Virus record (IMG/VR): IMGVR_UViG_3300037993_001242
Coordinates: 96,001 to 160,000 of that record
DNA length: 64,000 nucleotides
From: a virus
Reading direction: 5' to 3' (one strand)
Under the pieces are notes generated by a model. The model was not told where the DNA came from. It made no database searches and saw nothing but the letters and a program-made list of their open reading frames with translations. Within the stretch, counting starts at the first letter, position 1, and each line of letters begins with the position of its first letter. Positions 55,088-63,280 of the stretch are shown in pieces. The position numbers were made by a program, and so were the translations under genes.

Positions 55088-56535
55088 CCGTGTCGTCTAA
55101 TCCAACTAAGTATCAACTTTTTGGCTTCGAGTTCCGAAAGATCAAATTTTTGAGTTCCTTTGATGTTGTCTTCGCCCTCACGCCAATCCGCCACAGACAC
55201 TGTCCACAGACCGTCCTCCTGCTTTCTTGCCGTGTAAACAAAATCAGTAGTGTTACGTTCAAAAGTAGGATAACTTACGGTTTGCCCCTGTATCACCGGC
55301 AATTCTGGATCAGCCACAAATTCCTTGTCCTCGCGTCCTTCAAAACCGTGCGCTCTAAGCCACGATTCAAAAGACTGCGGCAACTGCCGGAAAAGTTCTT
55401 TGGCTGGAGGCGGCTGATCCGGGTCAATCGACTCCACAACTTCTGGGATGTGCCGCCATTCCAATTTAGCCCTGCAACGGCCACACTCCTGCAAATCGAG
55501 ATCATCTTCGTCGCCGGGCTTGATGCCGTTGAATCCAGCCTCCAGATACGAAAAATCATCCATCAACAACCCCCGGAAATGGCAGATCGGGCATTCCACC
55601 AGTGGATTGCCAGTGTCTTCTGGATTGGCAATCACAATCAGTCGACCCTGAATCTTCAAATCACGCGGGGTCATCCCTTTGGTGTAATCTTTGGGCTTTA
55701 TCTCGTCAGGATCGAGCGCTTCATTGACCGTCAATCCGAGCTTGTGGGCTAAATCAGGGCGCGCTCGTCGTATCCAAAGCGCCAGTGCTTTCTGGAAAAC
55801 AGTCATCGAAGCCGATGTCCCCCAACGATCAATATATTCCGCAATGTACCCCGTGCCTTCCATGGTTCTCAACGACTGAACATCTTCTGGATTTTCCGAA
55901 CCAAAGTTGATTAGCGCGAGTTCATCCGAATCGTTTCGTCGTCTGCAATTGCTGTATACGTTCTCAATAAATTTATCAGACTTGGTAGCAAAGTATGGCG
56001 CAGCATCCGTTGTCACAGGTGGCACTCCCTCTGGCGCGTCCTCTTCATCCACCCAGATTTCCACCATGAATCGCTCTGGAATTTTTCGGAGAAATTCTTT
56101 GGGTTTAATTTCATCAGGATCGAACGCTTCGTCCATGCCGGGTGGCTCAAGATGGATGTCGTCCGCGTCTCCATGCTCCGGCGGCGAATACTCGTTATCA
56201 ACTGCTTGGGCAAAAACTTCAACAGGCTGTCCCGCCTCTTGTTCCATTTCGTCCTGCGGCTTCCAGCCTACACCGATCCAATGAACACTGGAATACGCGT
56301 ATAATTTTGCCTGCCAGACGTAAATCCACAGCAAAGTCTTTCCTTCAGTGAAACGCGCCAATTTTTCGTATTGAGCTTCGTTGGGTTTCGACATCTGCAC
56401 AAAGCGCCAACCCAATTTTTCCAGTGCGCCCCGAATCTCCAACAGCAATCCCTTTGGCACATCAGACAGGTACTGACGTGGATTAACATCATCCACGGCA
56501 TCAAGCAAAGCTGAAACTAGGCAGCGCGGCGTCAC
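55084..56535 (-). CDS. LLE/DPD-leader four-module protein
   Basis: LVSALLDAVDDVNPRQY, DEAFDPDEIKPKEF, NEALDPDEIKPKDY, VESIDPDQPPP; ATAGTTA 4 nt upstream. Confidence 0.78.
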   Translation of the reverse strand: MTPRCLVSALLDAVDDVNPRQYLSDVPKGLLLEIRGALEKLGWRFVQMSKPNEAQYEKLARFTEGKTLLWIYVWQAKLYAYSSVHWIGVGWKPQDEMEQEAGQPVEVFAQAVDNEYSPPEHGDADDIHLEPPGMDEAFDPDEIKPKEFLRKIPERFMVEIWVDEEDAPEGVPPVTTDAAPYFATKSDKFIENVYSNCRRRNDSDELALINFGSENPEDVQSLRTMEGTGYIAEYIDRWGTSASMTVFQKALALWIRRARPDLAHKLGLTVNEALDPDEIKPKDYTKGMTPRDLKIQGRLIVIANPEDTGNPLVECPICHFRGLLMDDFSYLEAGFNGIKPGDEDDLDLQECGRCRAKLEWRHIPEVVESIDPDQPPPAKELFRQLPQSFESWLRAHGFEGREDKEFVADPELPVIQGQTVSYPTFERNTTDFVYTARKQEDGLWTVSVADWREGEDNIKGTQKFDLSELEAKKLILSWIRRHG

Positions 56536-56538
56536 GCT

Positions 56539-56784
56539 CTAACTATCGGCAACGGTGGCCACTAGCCGGTTGATTTCTTCGTCGTAAGTGGTCAGCGCTT
56601 TATAGAGGTCTTCCAGCAGAGCGTAAGGCTTTCCGTTGAACCACCAGTAACCGCCTTTGGCTTCAAATTCCATGTCGCGGTACGTGGCCGGATAGTTTTG
56701 CATGGGCTGACAGCACATCATGACATCGCTGCACCAGCGCTTGAAAACAGCATCGTCGAATTTCCATTTCACTACTGTCCACAT
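56539..56784 (-). CDS. Hypothetical protein
   Basis: ATG overlaps the NADAR stop. Confidence 0.5.
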   Translation of the reverse strand: MWTVVKWKFDDAVFKRWCSDVMMCCQPMQNYPATYRDMEFEAKGGYWWFNGKPYALLEDLYKALTTYDEEINRLVATVADS

Positions 56785-57257
56785 CACTTCAAACGGTCGG
56801 GCAGAGCCTCCTCGTACTGTGGATTGCCCTCGATGACGCGGTACATCTGCCGCACGACCATCAAAAGCTGGCCCAGCTTGTTTAGACCTTTGCCGTCGCA
56901 TACACCCCAGAACGTGTCACCCCACGTATTGCCCTCGATCAATTCCTCGTTGCCTGTGGCTAACAGCTTGGCCCGCAGATCGGCATCAAAGAATTTCTGC
57001 GTCAACAGGTCGGCCATAACCTCCAGCCTGACCTTGTTCCAATGGGGATTAAAATCTTCTCTGGGAATGATTTTGCCCAGCTTTTTAGCGATGCCCGGCG
57101 AAGACGCCAACAGGATTTTCTCACGCCACTGCCGCTTCTCGGTTTTAGCCGCCTGAAACGCATGTTCAACACTAGGGTACAAAATGCCATCCAGATAAAC
57201 GGATGCCGCGTAAAAATTAGACAAAAACCGGTAATCACCTTTGAACTCGCTGATCAT
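56784..57257 (-). CDS. ybiA: NADAR (YbiA-like) protein
   Basis: FLSNFY, SVEHAFQAAK, LLATGNEELIEG, DTFWG, GLNKLGQLLM. Confidence 0.9.
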   Translation of the reverse strand: MISEFKGDYRFLSNFYAASVYLDGILYPSVEHAFQAAKTEKRQWREKILLASSPGIAKKLGKIIPREDFNPHWNKVRLEVMADLLTQKFFDADLRAKLLATGNEELIEGNTWGDTFWGVCDGKGLNKLGQLLMVVRQMYRVIEGNPQYEEALPDRLK

Positions 57258-57295
57258 GCGCCTAATGTATACGGTGACGACCCGATGTCAAATGT

Positions 57296-58030
57296 TCAAC
57301 GCATCTGACGCGGCGGAACAAGACGATTCAAGTTTCGCACTCGGAAAGATGCCATTGGACTGGACTTTTGCGGCGTGATTTTTAAACTTATTTTAACCGG
57401 CGCTGTCGCGCAAAAGAAAACCGCCAATGGCTCATAAATCAAAAGCGGCATTCCTGATACTTCAGGGGAAAGTAAACTTTCAAGGCCGTCGGTTGAATAC
57501 GCCGTAGCCGCATAGTAGCACTGTGCCGGAGACAAACCTGAAACAATAACACCCATGTTTGTTTCTAAGATTCCGTTGTTAGTCCAGAAATCCGATTGAG
57601 GAACATTTACATGGTTTGTATACACTCCACTGACCGGGCCATAGTAAAGGTTGTAGCCTGCCACAGCCGGATTGGTGGCTATGTCCCATTCAAGCCCCTG
57701 CACCCACTTTGGCTTGTTGGTAAAAACGTTTAGCGTACTGGCTGGCACAATTATACTGGCATATCCAGTGGCAATTAAAGTCCAGTTGGTGCGCGGTGTT
57801 AACAAATTGGAGGTAGCATAAAGCGTAAAATTAGTTGGCGGAACAACCGACACAACTACTCCGGTAGACGCCAATGACGGGCCGACCGGCACCGCCAAAC
57901 TCGCTAAAATGGCACTGACGCTTTTATTACCACCCGCTGGCAAGGGCAACGGCGGGCCGGTCGGTATCTGCCGTATAGCACACGACACGAGCAGCAGAGC
58001 CGCTAAAAATATGGTCAAATACGTTTTCAA
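57296..58030 (-). CDS. Putative lipoprotein with fibronectin type III domain
   Basis: LLLVS-C lipobox; LEWD..NPAVAGYNLYYG...GVYTN...VSGL...YYAATAY..DGLES..S.EV. Confidence 0.7.
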   Translation of the reverse strand: MKTYLTIFLAALLLVSCAIRQIPTGPPLPLPAGGNKSVSAILASLAVPVGPSLASTGVVVSVVPPTNFTLYATSNLLTPRTNWTLIATGYASIIVPASTLNVFTNKPKWVQGLEWDIATNPAVAGYNLYYGPVSGVYTNHVNVPQSDFWTNNGILETNMGVIVSGLSPAQCYYAATAYSTDGLESLLSPEVSGMPLLIYEPLAVFFCATAPVKISLKITPQKSSPMASFRVRNLNRLVPPRQMR

Positions 58031-58040
58031 ACCTGCCGCC

Positions 58041-59411
58041 TTAAATAGCCGCCTTGTCACTCCAGTAGCGCGCCAGTGCAACTCGCGCACAGCGCTCCTG
58101 AAACTGCGCTCCAGTTTCGCCCCCTCCCTGCGACACTGCAATCTCAATCTCGGCTGGATAATCCCGCAGTACGCGCTTGGCCACACCCCGGCGGCAGTGT
58201 TCGTCCAGCGGGCCAAATTCCAAAATCCGGTCAATCCGGCCCGGTCGGGTGGTCATTTGACCGGTACCTGCAATTCCGAGCGCTTCGTCAATGGCGTTGA
58301 CGTGGTTGGTGGTCACCACGAGAAAGATGCCATCCACCGAATCAATGCCACCGATGGTGTTCAACAAACAATCAAAGGTCAGACCGCCGCCGTCTTCGCT
58401 GAGTTTGTTGGTGCGCTTGTCAAACGTAGCGTCGATGTCCTCGATCAAAGCAATGCACGGCACACTGGTCAGTATCTGCCGCCACGAGTTCACAAATTCG
58501 CGATTAGACATGCTGGTCAAATCGAAAATACAAACCGGCAAATCTTCAGTCTGCGCCACGGCGCGCACCAACGAGGTTTTGCCCGTGCCCGGCCTCCCGT
58601 GAAGCAGCCAGCCGCGCCGCCACGGGATTTGGCGTTCCTTGTACCATTTTTCGCTCACCTTCCAGCGGTGGGCTTCCTCCACCAGTTCCAGCACTTCCGC
58701 CGGGTAGCACAGCACATCAAAAGGCGAAACAACTTCCATGATTTCAACGCCGATCTCGTCCCGTTTCCAGCGCAGCAGGCGCACCGATTCATTCATCCGC
58801 CGGTCATTGATGCCTTTGGAACTGCACCCGGCAGCCGTGGGCATGGCAGGTTCGTCCTTGTTGCCGTAACCCCGGCGTCCACCTGACCCAAAAACCCGGT
58901 CGATGTAAAAACGCCGTTTGCTGCCGTATCCGTTGGCGTCGTTTTTATTATACCGATCCAGCGCCTCCAAAATCAGCTTATCCGGGTCAAAGGTACCCCG
59001 GATGAAGCGGATCGTGGCTTTGAAATTTTTGCTTTCGGTTTTTGGCACGCCCCCTTCCCAGCCGCCGTCGGTCTGTGCTCCAAAGCCACAAAGGATTGGC
59101 CGCCAGCCCGACCAAAATAAAATGGCGTCCTTGCCCAGCATTTCGTAGGCAATACCAATAGTGCGCGCCACCGGGCGCACAAACAGATTGTCCCCGGCAT
59201 AGTCTCGCGGCCCGATGGGAGTCCGTCGCATCGTCGCCCAACAATAACCCGCTACCGCATCCAGCACCGGAGAGCCGTCAATGCGTACCGTGACAATAAA
59301 CAGGCTGATCAAACGGGTGCCCACGCCGCGAATCCAGCCCCACGCCAAAGCCAGAATGCTGGCCAGCGTCAGGCCGCCGAAAATTGAGGTAGTGACAGGA
59401 TTAAGCGCCAT
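58041..59411 (-). CDS. BCS1-like AAA+ ATPase with N-terminal membrane anchor
   Basis: RRGWLLHGRPGTGKTS, LIEDID, TTNH, RPGRID. Confidence 0.88.
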   Translation of the reverse strand: MALNPVTTSIFGGLTLASILALAWGWIRGVGTRLISLFIVTVRIDGSPVLDAVAGYCWATMRRTPIGPRDYAGDNLFVRPVARTIGIAYEMLGKDAILFWSGWRPILCGFGAQTDGGWEGGVPKTESKNFKATIRFIRGTFDPDKLILEALDRYNKNDANGYGSKRRFYIDRVFGSGGRRGYGNKDEPAMPTAAGCSSKGINDRRMNESVRLLRWKRDEIGVEIMEVVSPFDVLCYPAEVLELVEEAHRWKVSEKWYKERQIPWRRGWLLHGRPGTGKTSLVRAVAQTEDLPVCIFDLTSMSNREFVNSWRQILTSVPCIALIEDIDATFDKRTNKLSEDGGGLTFDCLLNTIGGIDSVDGIFLVVTTNHVNAIDEALGIAGTGQMTTRPGRIDRILEFGPLDEHCRRGVAKRVLRDYPAEIEIAVSQGGGETGAQFQERCARVALARYWSDKAAI

Positions 59412-59432
59412 GTCGGGTAAGAACCCGAAAAA

Positions 59433-59678
59433 TCAGCGCACGGAATTGATCGGTGGAAATGGTTCGTCACACTGGCCGCACCAATGCCAGACAACGAGCA
59501 CTTCCTTGGCGTCATCGTCGAATCGCCTGCCGCCCCACAACTCGAAAATCGTCCATTTGGCGATATTATTGCACAGGTTGCACTTGCCCATGCCGTTGAT
59601 GGGCCGGATGGCCACGGGCCGTCCGTTGAATTCGTACAAGCTCAGAGTGTCCAGTTTCAATGAATCTGCATCACTCAT
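59433..59678 (-). CDS. Small Cys-containing protein
   Basis: CNLC...WCGQC. Confidence 0.5.
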   Translation of the reverse strand: MSDADSLKLDTLSLYEFNGRPVAIRPINGMGKCNLCNNIAKWTIFELWGGRRFDDDAKEVLVVWHWCGQCDEPFPPINSVR

Positions 59679-59688
59679 AGGATTACCT

Positions 59689-60078
59689 TTAACTACTGGC
59701 CGCCGGTAGCCCTAAATCGCAGGTGGTGGCAATCAAGGCCAGTTTAGCCAGTTGTTTTTGCACGGCTTCGGCCTCCCGAACCCATTGCGCGTGCATCTTT
59801 TCAGCTTCCGCATAGGTGGAGCACCTGTGTTGTTTCCCATCCAGCCAGCCGCCGAAAATCATAGTCTCGAACAAAATTGGCGGATCACCCGGACTGAAAT
59901 GGTTGTGGTCAATGGAGAGAAAAACGGTTGAAACTGTCATGTCCCCGACCTGCGTCACTTCGATCAAAGGATCGTCGTGGGGATGATTTATACGGTGAGC
60001 CATCCACGCTTCCAGCGTGTTAAAGGCAACAACTTTTTTGCCTACGAGGACGTAGTGCTTGAGTCCGACTGTAGGCAT
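59689..60078 (-). CDS. Conserved phage hypothetical protein
   Basis: VSTVFLSIDH...PILFETMIFGG...STYAEAEKMH. Confidence 0.65.
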   Translation of the reverse strand: MPTVGLKHYVLVGKKVVAFNTLEAWMAHRINHPHDDPLIEVTQVGDMTVSTVFLSIDHNHFSPGDPPILFETMIFGGWLDGKQHRCSTYAEAEKMHAQWVREAEAVQKQLAKLALIATTCDLGLPAASS

Positions 60079-60488
60079 TCCTTTTTGGCCTCCTCTTTGG
60101 TCAGGTGCTTGGCGTGCATCCAAGGTGGAGGGGTTTCAGTTATCTTGCGGGCAAACTCGTCACCGTCCCCGTGAATTGGAAAGAAGTCACCAATCTCGTG
60201 CGCCACCACGCCGATGGTCTTGATGTAGTTGTGCATGTCCTGCTCAATTTGAGCCTCGGTCTTGTTGGTGGCGGTGGCGCTATACCAGCTTTTTTCGTCG
60301 TCGCTGTCCCAGATGCGGTCATCCTTTTTATGCCGAAACCGAAAAACAATTTTCCATGTGGTCGGCTCCGTCATTTTGCGGGACACGCACAACATGAAGT
60401 CACCGCCGTTGCCAAACCGGCTGAAATGCTTGGGAAGCTCAAAAAACCACATGCCAATGTAGTAGTTTTCAGGATTGATCTCGATCAT
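60042..60488 (-). CDS. Hypothetical early protein
   Basis: GTATACAGG 6 nt upstream of ATG. Confidence 0.6.
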   Translation of the reverse strand: MIEINPENYYIGMWFFELPKHFSRFGNGGDFMLCVSRKMTEPTTWKIVFRFRHKKDDRIWDSDDEKSWYSATATNKTEAQIEQDMHNYIKTIGVVAHEIGDFFPIHGDGDEFARKITETPPPWMHAKHLTKEEAKKECLQSDSSTTSS

Positions 60489-60542
60489 GCGACACCTGTA
60501 TACACGTTAAGCAAACCGTCATCAAGAAAATTTAGCGCCATC

Positions 60543-61058
60543 TTAAAAGTATTTCAGGGCCAGAAAATTGCACAGCAAATGCAGGCTGTTGTCTGCGATA
60601 ATGGTCAACCAGACGGTGATAAACAGCGGACGGGGTGCATGGGTCTTTTTGGCCGCCATGTACGCCTGAAGCAAATCCATCTTTTCGTCGAATTCCTTGG
60701 GCGGGACAACCACGTTTCCTGACTGGCTCAACGCCGTGGTAAAGTTGACGGTAAATTCGTCCTCCGTGCGCTCATCAAAATAACCCGTGCGCGAGCAGAG
60801 CTTCCACGCTGGGAAACCATGGCCATCAATATGATTCTTCAACCAGATGACGTATCGAACCAAACCAAACCGGTCGATGATGAAATGCGTCCCGGCGATG
60901 ATCGCCAGCGCCTTCCACGAATGCGTCAGGAGCAGGAAGGGCAACGCGTACAAGCAGACATGGACGAGGCAAGGCCATGACCGCTTCGACTTGTTCAAGG
61001 CCATCCAATCCGATTGCAGGAAAAAATCGCCAAATAAATGACACAAAAGTTGATTCAT
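60543..61058 (-). CDS. DUF3307-like membrane protein
   Basis: HLFGDFFLQ, HVCLY, THFIID, DNSLH. Confidence 0.8.
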   Translation of the reverse strand: MNQLLCHLFGDFFLQSDWMALNKSKRSWPCLVHVCLYALPFLLLTHSWKALAIIAGTHFIIDRFGLVRYVIWLKNHIDGHGFPAWKLCSRTGYFDERTEDEFTVNFTTALSQSGNVVVPPKEFDEKMDLLQAYMAAKKTHAPRPLFITVWLTIIADNSLHLLCNFLALKYF

Positions 61059-61078
61059 ATTTAAGCCTTTCTCTTGGT

Positions 61079-61381
61079 TTAGCTACCATCGTTGGTGCCT
61101 TCGATCTGCCGGATGGCTTCGACCGCCGACATGTGCGGTTTCACTTCGTCTTTGAGCACAACGTGGTCTTCCCAAAACATCTTCTTGCGAAACCGCGTTG
61201 TCCTGAATTGCTCGGACAAAATCGTCAACGCGGCTTTGGCCATCCATTCCTCGGTATACACCAGTGGCCCTTCGTCGTTGCCCATCCAGCACTTGTCCCG
61301 CGTGTCCCATATCCCGTATTTGGCCAGTTGTGCATGGGTCGCCGCTTTAAATTCCTGACGTGATCCTTCTTCAGGCAGCAT
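61079..61381 (-). CDS. PEEG-leader hypothetical protein
   Basis: MLPEEGSRQEFKAA. Confidence 0.6.
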   Translation of the reverse strand: MLPEEGSRQEFKAATHAQLAKYGIWDTRDKCWMGNDEGPLVYTEEWMAKAALTILSEQFRTTRFRKKMFWEDHVVLKDEVKPHMSAVEAIRQIEGTNDGS

Positions 61382-61384
61382 AGC

Positions 61385-61618
61385 TCAGTGACGACTATAA
61401 AAGAATGGATCGTATTTTTCCAGATCAACTCCGCACAATACCGCCCATTCCTTGACGTGGGGCATCCAGTCGAGATCGTACGTTGATCCCGCCGGGTCGT
61501 AATCAACGCAGGTTTCCTTCACGTGCGACCGGTTGAACATGGCCTCTGCCAGCGCTTTACGCAGCAGTTGAACCTCGTTGACCAGCAACACAGCATCTTC
61601 TGGGGTAACTTCAGTCAT
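61385..61618 (-). CDS. Hypothetical protein
   Basis: ATG at 61618 overlaps the upstream stop. Confidence 0.55.
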   Translation of the reverse strand: MTEVTPEDAVLLVNEVQLLRKALAEAMFNRSHVKETCVDYDPAGSTYDLDWMPHVKEWAVLCGVDLEKYDPFFYSRH

Positions 61619-62127
61619 CGGCTCCTCCAAAACAGCAAACGCCGCCATCTGCTTTCCTGTTTCACACCCAAAAAGCGCTCAACCGCAGGCATGGGATTCA
61701 CCCACTTTTTCCGCTCAATTGGAATCAGAGGGCACTCTGTTTTGTTCAGGTGTCCGTGTTCATAGCCCCAAGCAAGCCACGCATCATCGGCGTCAGCGAC
61801 GGTATACTTTGCAAAGCCACCTTCGACCTCCGGCTTATAGGGCGATTCCTTGACGATGTCCATTAACAGCAGCATGACGGCCATGCTGGAGTAGCAGTGA
61901 TTTACCCGCTTGTTGTACATCCATTGAAAAATACCCGGCAGGGCCATCCGACCGTACTGCATGATCTCCGCATACGTCGTGGAACAATGGCGCATGTGCC
62001 CGGCCAATGAACAAAAGCCGGTGCTTTCCTCGTGCTGGCGCACCAAATCCATGATGTAGTTTTTATCTACATCCTGCGCCAAAACTGCCCGTTTAAAATT
62101 GCGGGCTGTGCCTTCTTCGGGAATCAT
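61615..62127 (-). CDS. PEEG-leader hypothetical protein
   Basis: MIPEEGTARNFKRAVLA. Confidence 0.65.
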   Translation of the reverse strand: MIPEEGTARNFKRAVLAQDVDKNYIMDLVRQHEESTGFCSLAGHMRHCSTTYAEIMQYGRMALPGIFQWMYNKRVNHCYSSMAVMLLLMDIVKESPYKPEVEGGFAKYTVADADDAWLAWGYEHGHLNKTECPLIPIERKKWVNPMPAVERFLGVKQESRWRRLLFWRSR

Positions 62128-62738
62128 TTTGCTGGTATCAGTTGGTCTCGGAGCACGGTATAGGAAGCAAAGAATATCCGTCGAGCCGAAAACTCAGGGG
62201 TGGCCTTGGGAATGGCTTCATCGATCAGCCGTTCAACGTTTTCCACGCCAACCCGGACAATACAGTTGGCAATTTTGGTGTCCACCAGTGGACGATTGAT
62301 CTTGGCCGCCAGCACTTTGGCCTTTTCCATCCACGGCTCGCGCTGCTCCTTGGTGATGGACGGCAGATGCGCGGGCGGTGGTGTAGGCGGAGGCACGCCT
62401 GCGGCGGCTCTTCTGTCCAACCGGAGTGCCTTGGCTTTTAAGTGCTTGCTGTAATTTGCCGCATGTTGCAGCAAAACTTTTTTGACTTCCGCGTCCATGT
62501 CGAAACGAAAATCCGAAACGTCAATGGGCTGGATGTTTGAAATTACGCCCGCTGTTTGAAACGCTTCGACGACTTTCATCGTCTCGAAAAAGGTACAGCC
62601 AACCTCAGTCGCGATTGTTTTAAGGCTGGCAATCTGATTCTGGCGCGATTTTACCGTCACCAACCGCAGAAAAATACGCTGTTCGACCGGGAGGGCCGCC
62701 AACTTCGTACCGGGTTTAATTTTGAATGGAACCGCCAT
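62124..62738 (-). CDS. Hypothetical, possible wHTH
   Basis: LKTIATEVGCTFFETMKVVEAFQTAGVI. Confidence 0.55.
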   Translation of the reverse strand: MAVPFKIKPGTKLAALPVEQRIFLRLVTVKSRQNQIASLKTIATEVGCTFFETMKVVEAFQTAGVISNIQPIDVSDFRFDMDAEVKKVLLQHAANYSKHLKAKALRLDRRAAAGVPPPTPPPAHLPSITKEQREPWMEKAKVLAAKINRPLVDTKIANCIVRVGVENVERLIDEAIPKATPEFSARRIFFASYTVLRDQLIPAK

Positions 62739-62761
62739 AGCTACTTCTTTTTATAGAGTCT

Positions 62762-63151
62762 TCATTTACCTTCAAGAACGGGGCCGGGCCGCCAGTTCGG
62801 GTTCAATGCTTGGCGTACACCCGGCAACGGGGTTCGGTGCGTTTTACCACCTGATCTATACCAGTGGCAGCTACCTTCAACCGGCTGGACGATGGTTTCT
62901 GCTTCAACAATGCGGTCGCAGTAAAACCAGCCCTTCGTGTCCGCCAAAGCCGCCTGACCGTAATGCGCGCCTCGATAGCGCTGGCCATGGTTACGGCACG
63001 TGGTACACATCTCAAACGTCCCCGGAACCGCATAGAGCGCCAGCACGGCCCGTTTAAGCTCGTGCTTCGATCCTTCCTCCGGCAACATTACCGCAGGAGC
63101 AATGCCAAGCCTGCCAAGGGCATCGATGACTTTGTGGAGCAGCGTCGTCAA
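62762..63151 (-). CDS. PEEG-motif hypothetical protein
   Basis: MLPEEGSKHELKRAVLA after a 21-aa extension; CTTC. Confidence 0.6.
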   Translation of the reverse strand: MTTLLHKVIDALGRLGIAPAVMLPEEGSKHELKRAVLALYAVPGTFEMCTTCRNHGQRYRGAHYGQAALADTKGWFYCDRIVEAETIVQPVEGSCHWYRSGGKTHRTPLPGVRQALNPNWRPGPVLEGK

Positions 63152-63280
63152 TTGTTTCCTGACGGACTGTATACAAAGTCACCGTCAGGATTCAACTCAT
63201 ATCTGTGGCCAGCCATGAAAACAATCACAGTGTTGCCCGCCAACGTCTGGTGCTTGTCCATTGGGCCGCGCCGGTGATCT

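Noticed and set aside
1388-58886. Long antisense ORFs (e.g. 1388-2371, 4529-5554, 6381-7406, 37914-38957, 57909-58886)
   Set aside because: Shadow frames of well-supported genes on the opposite strand
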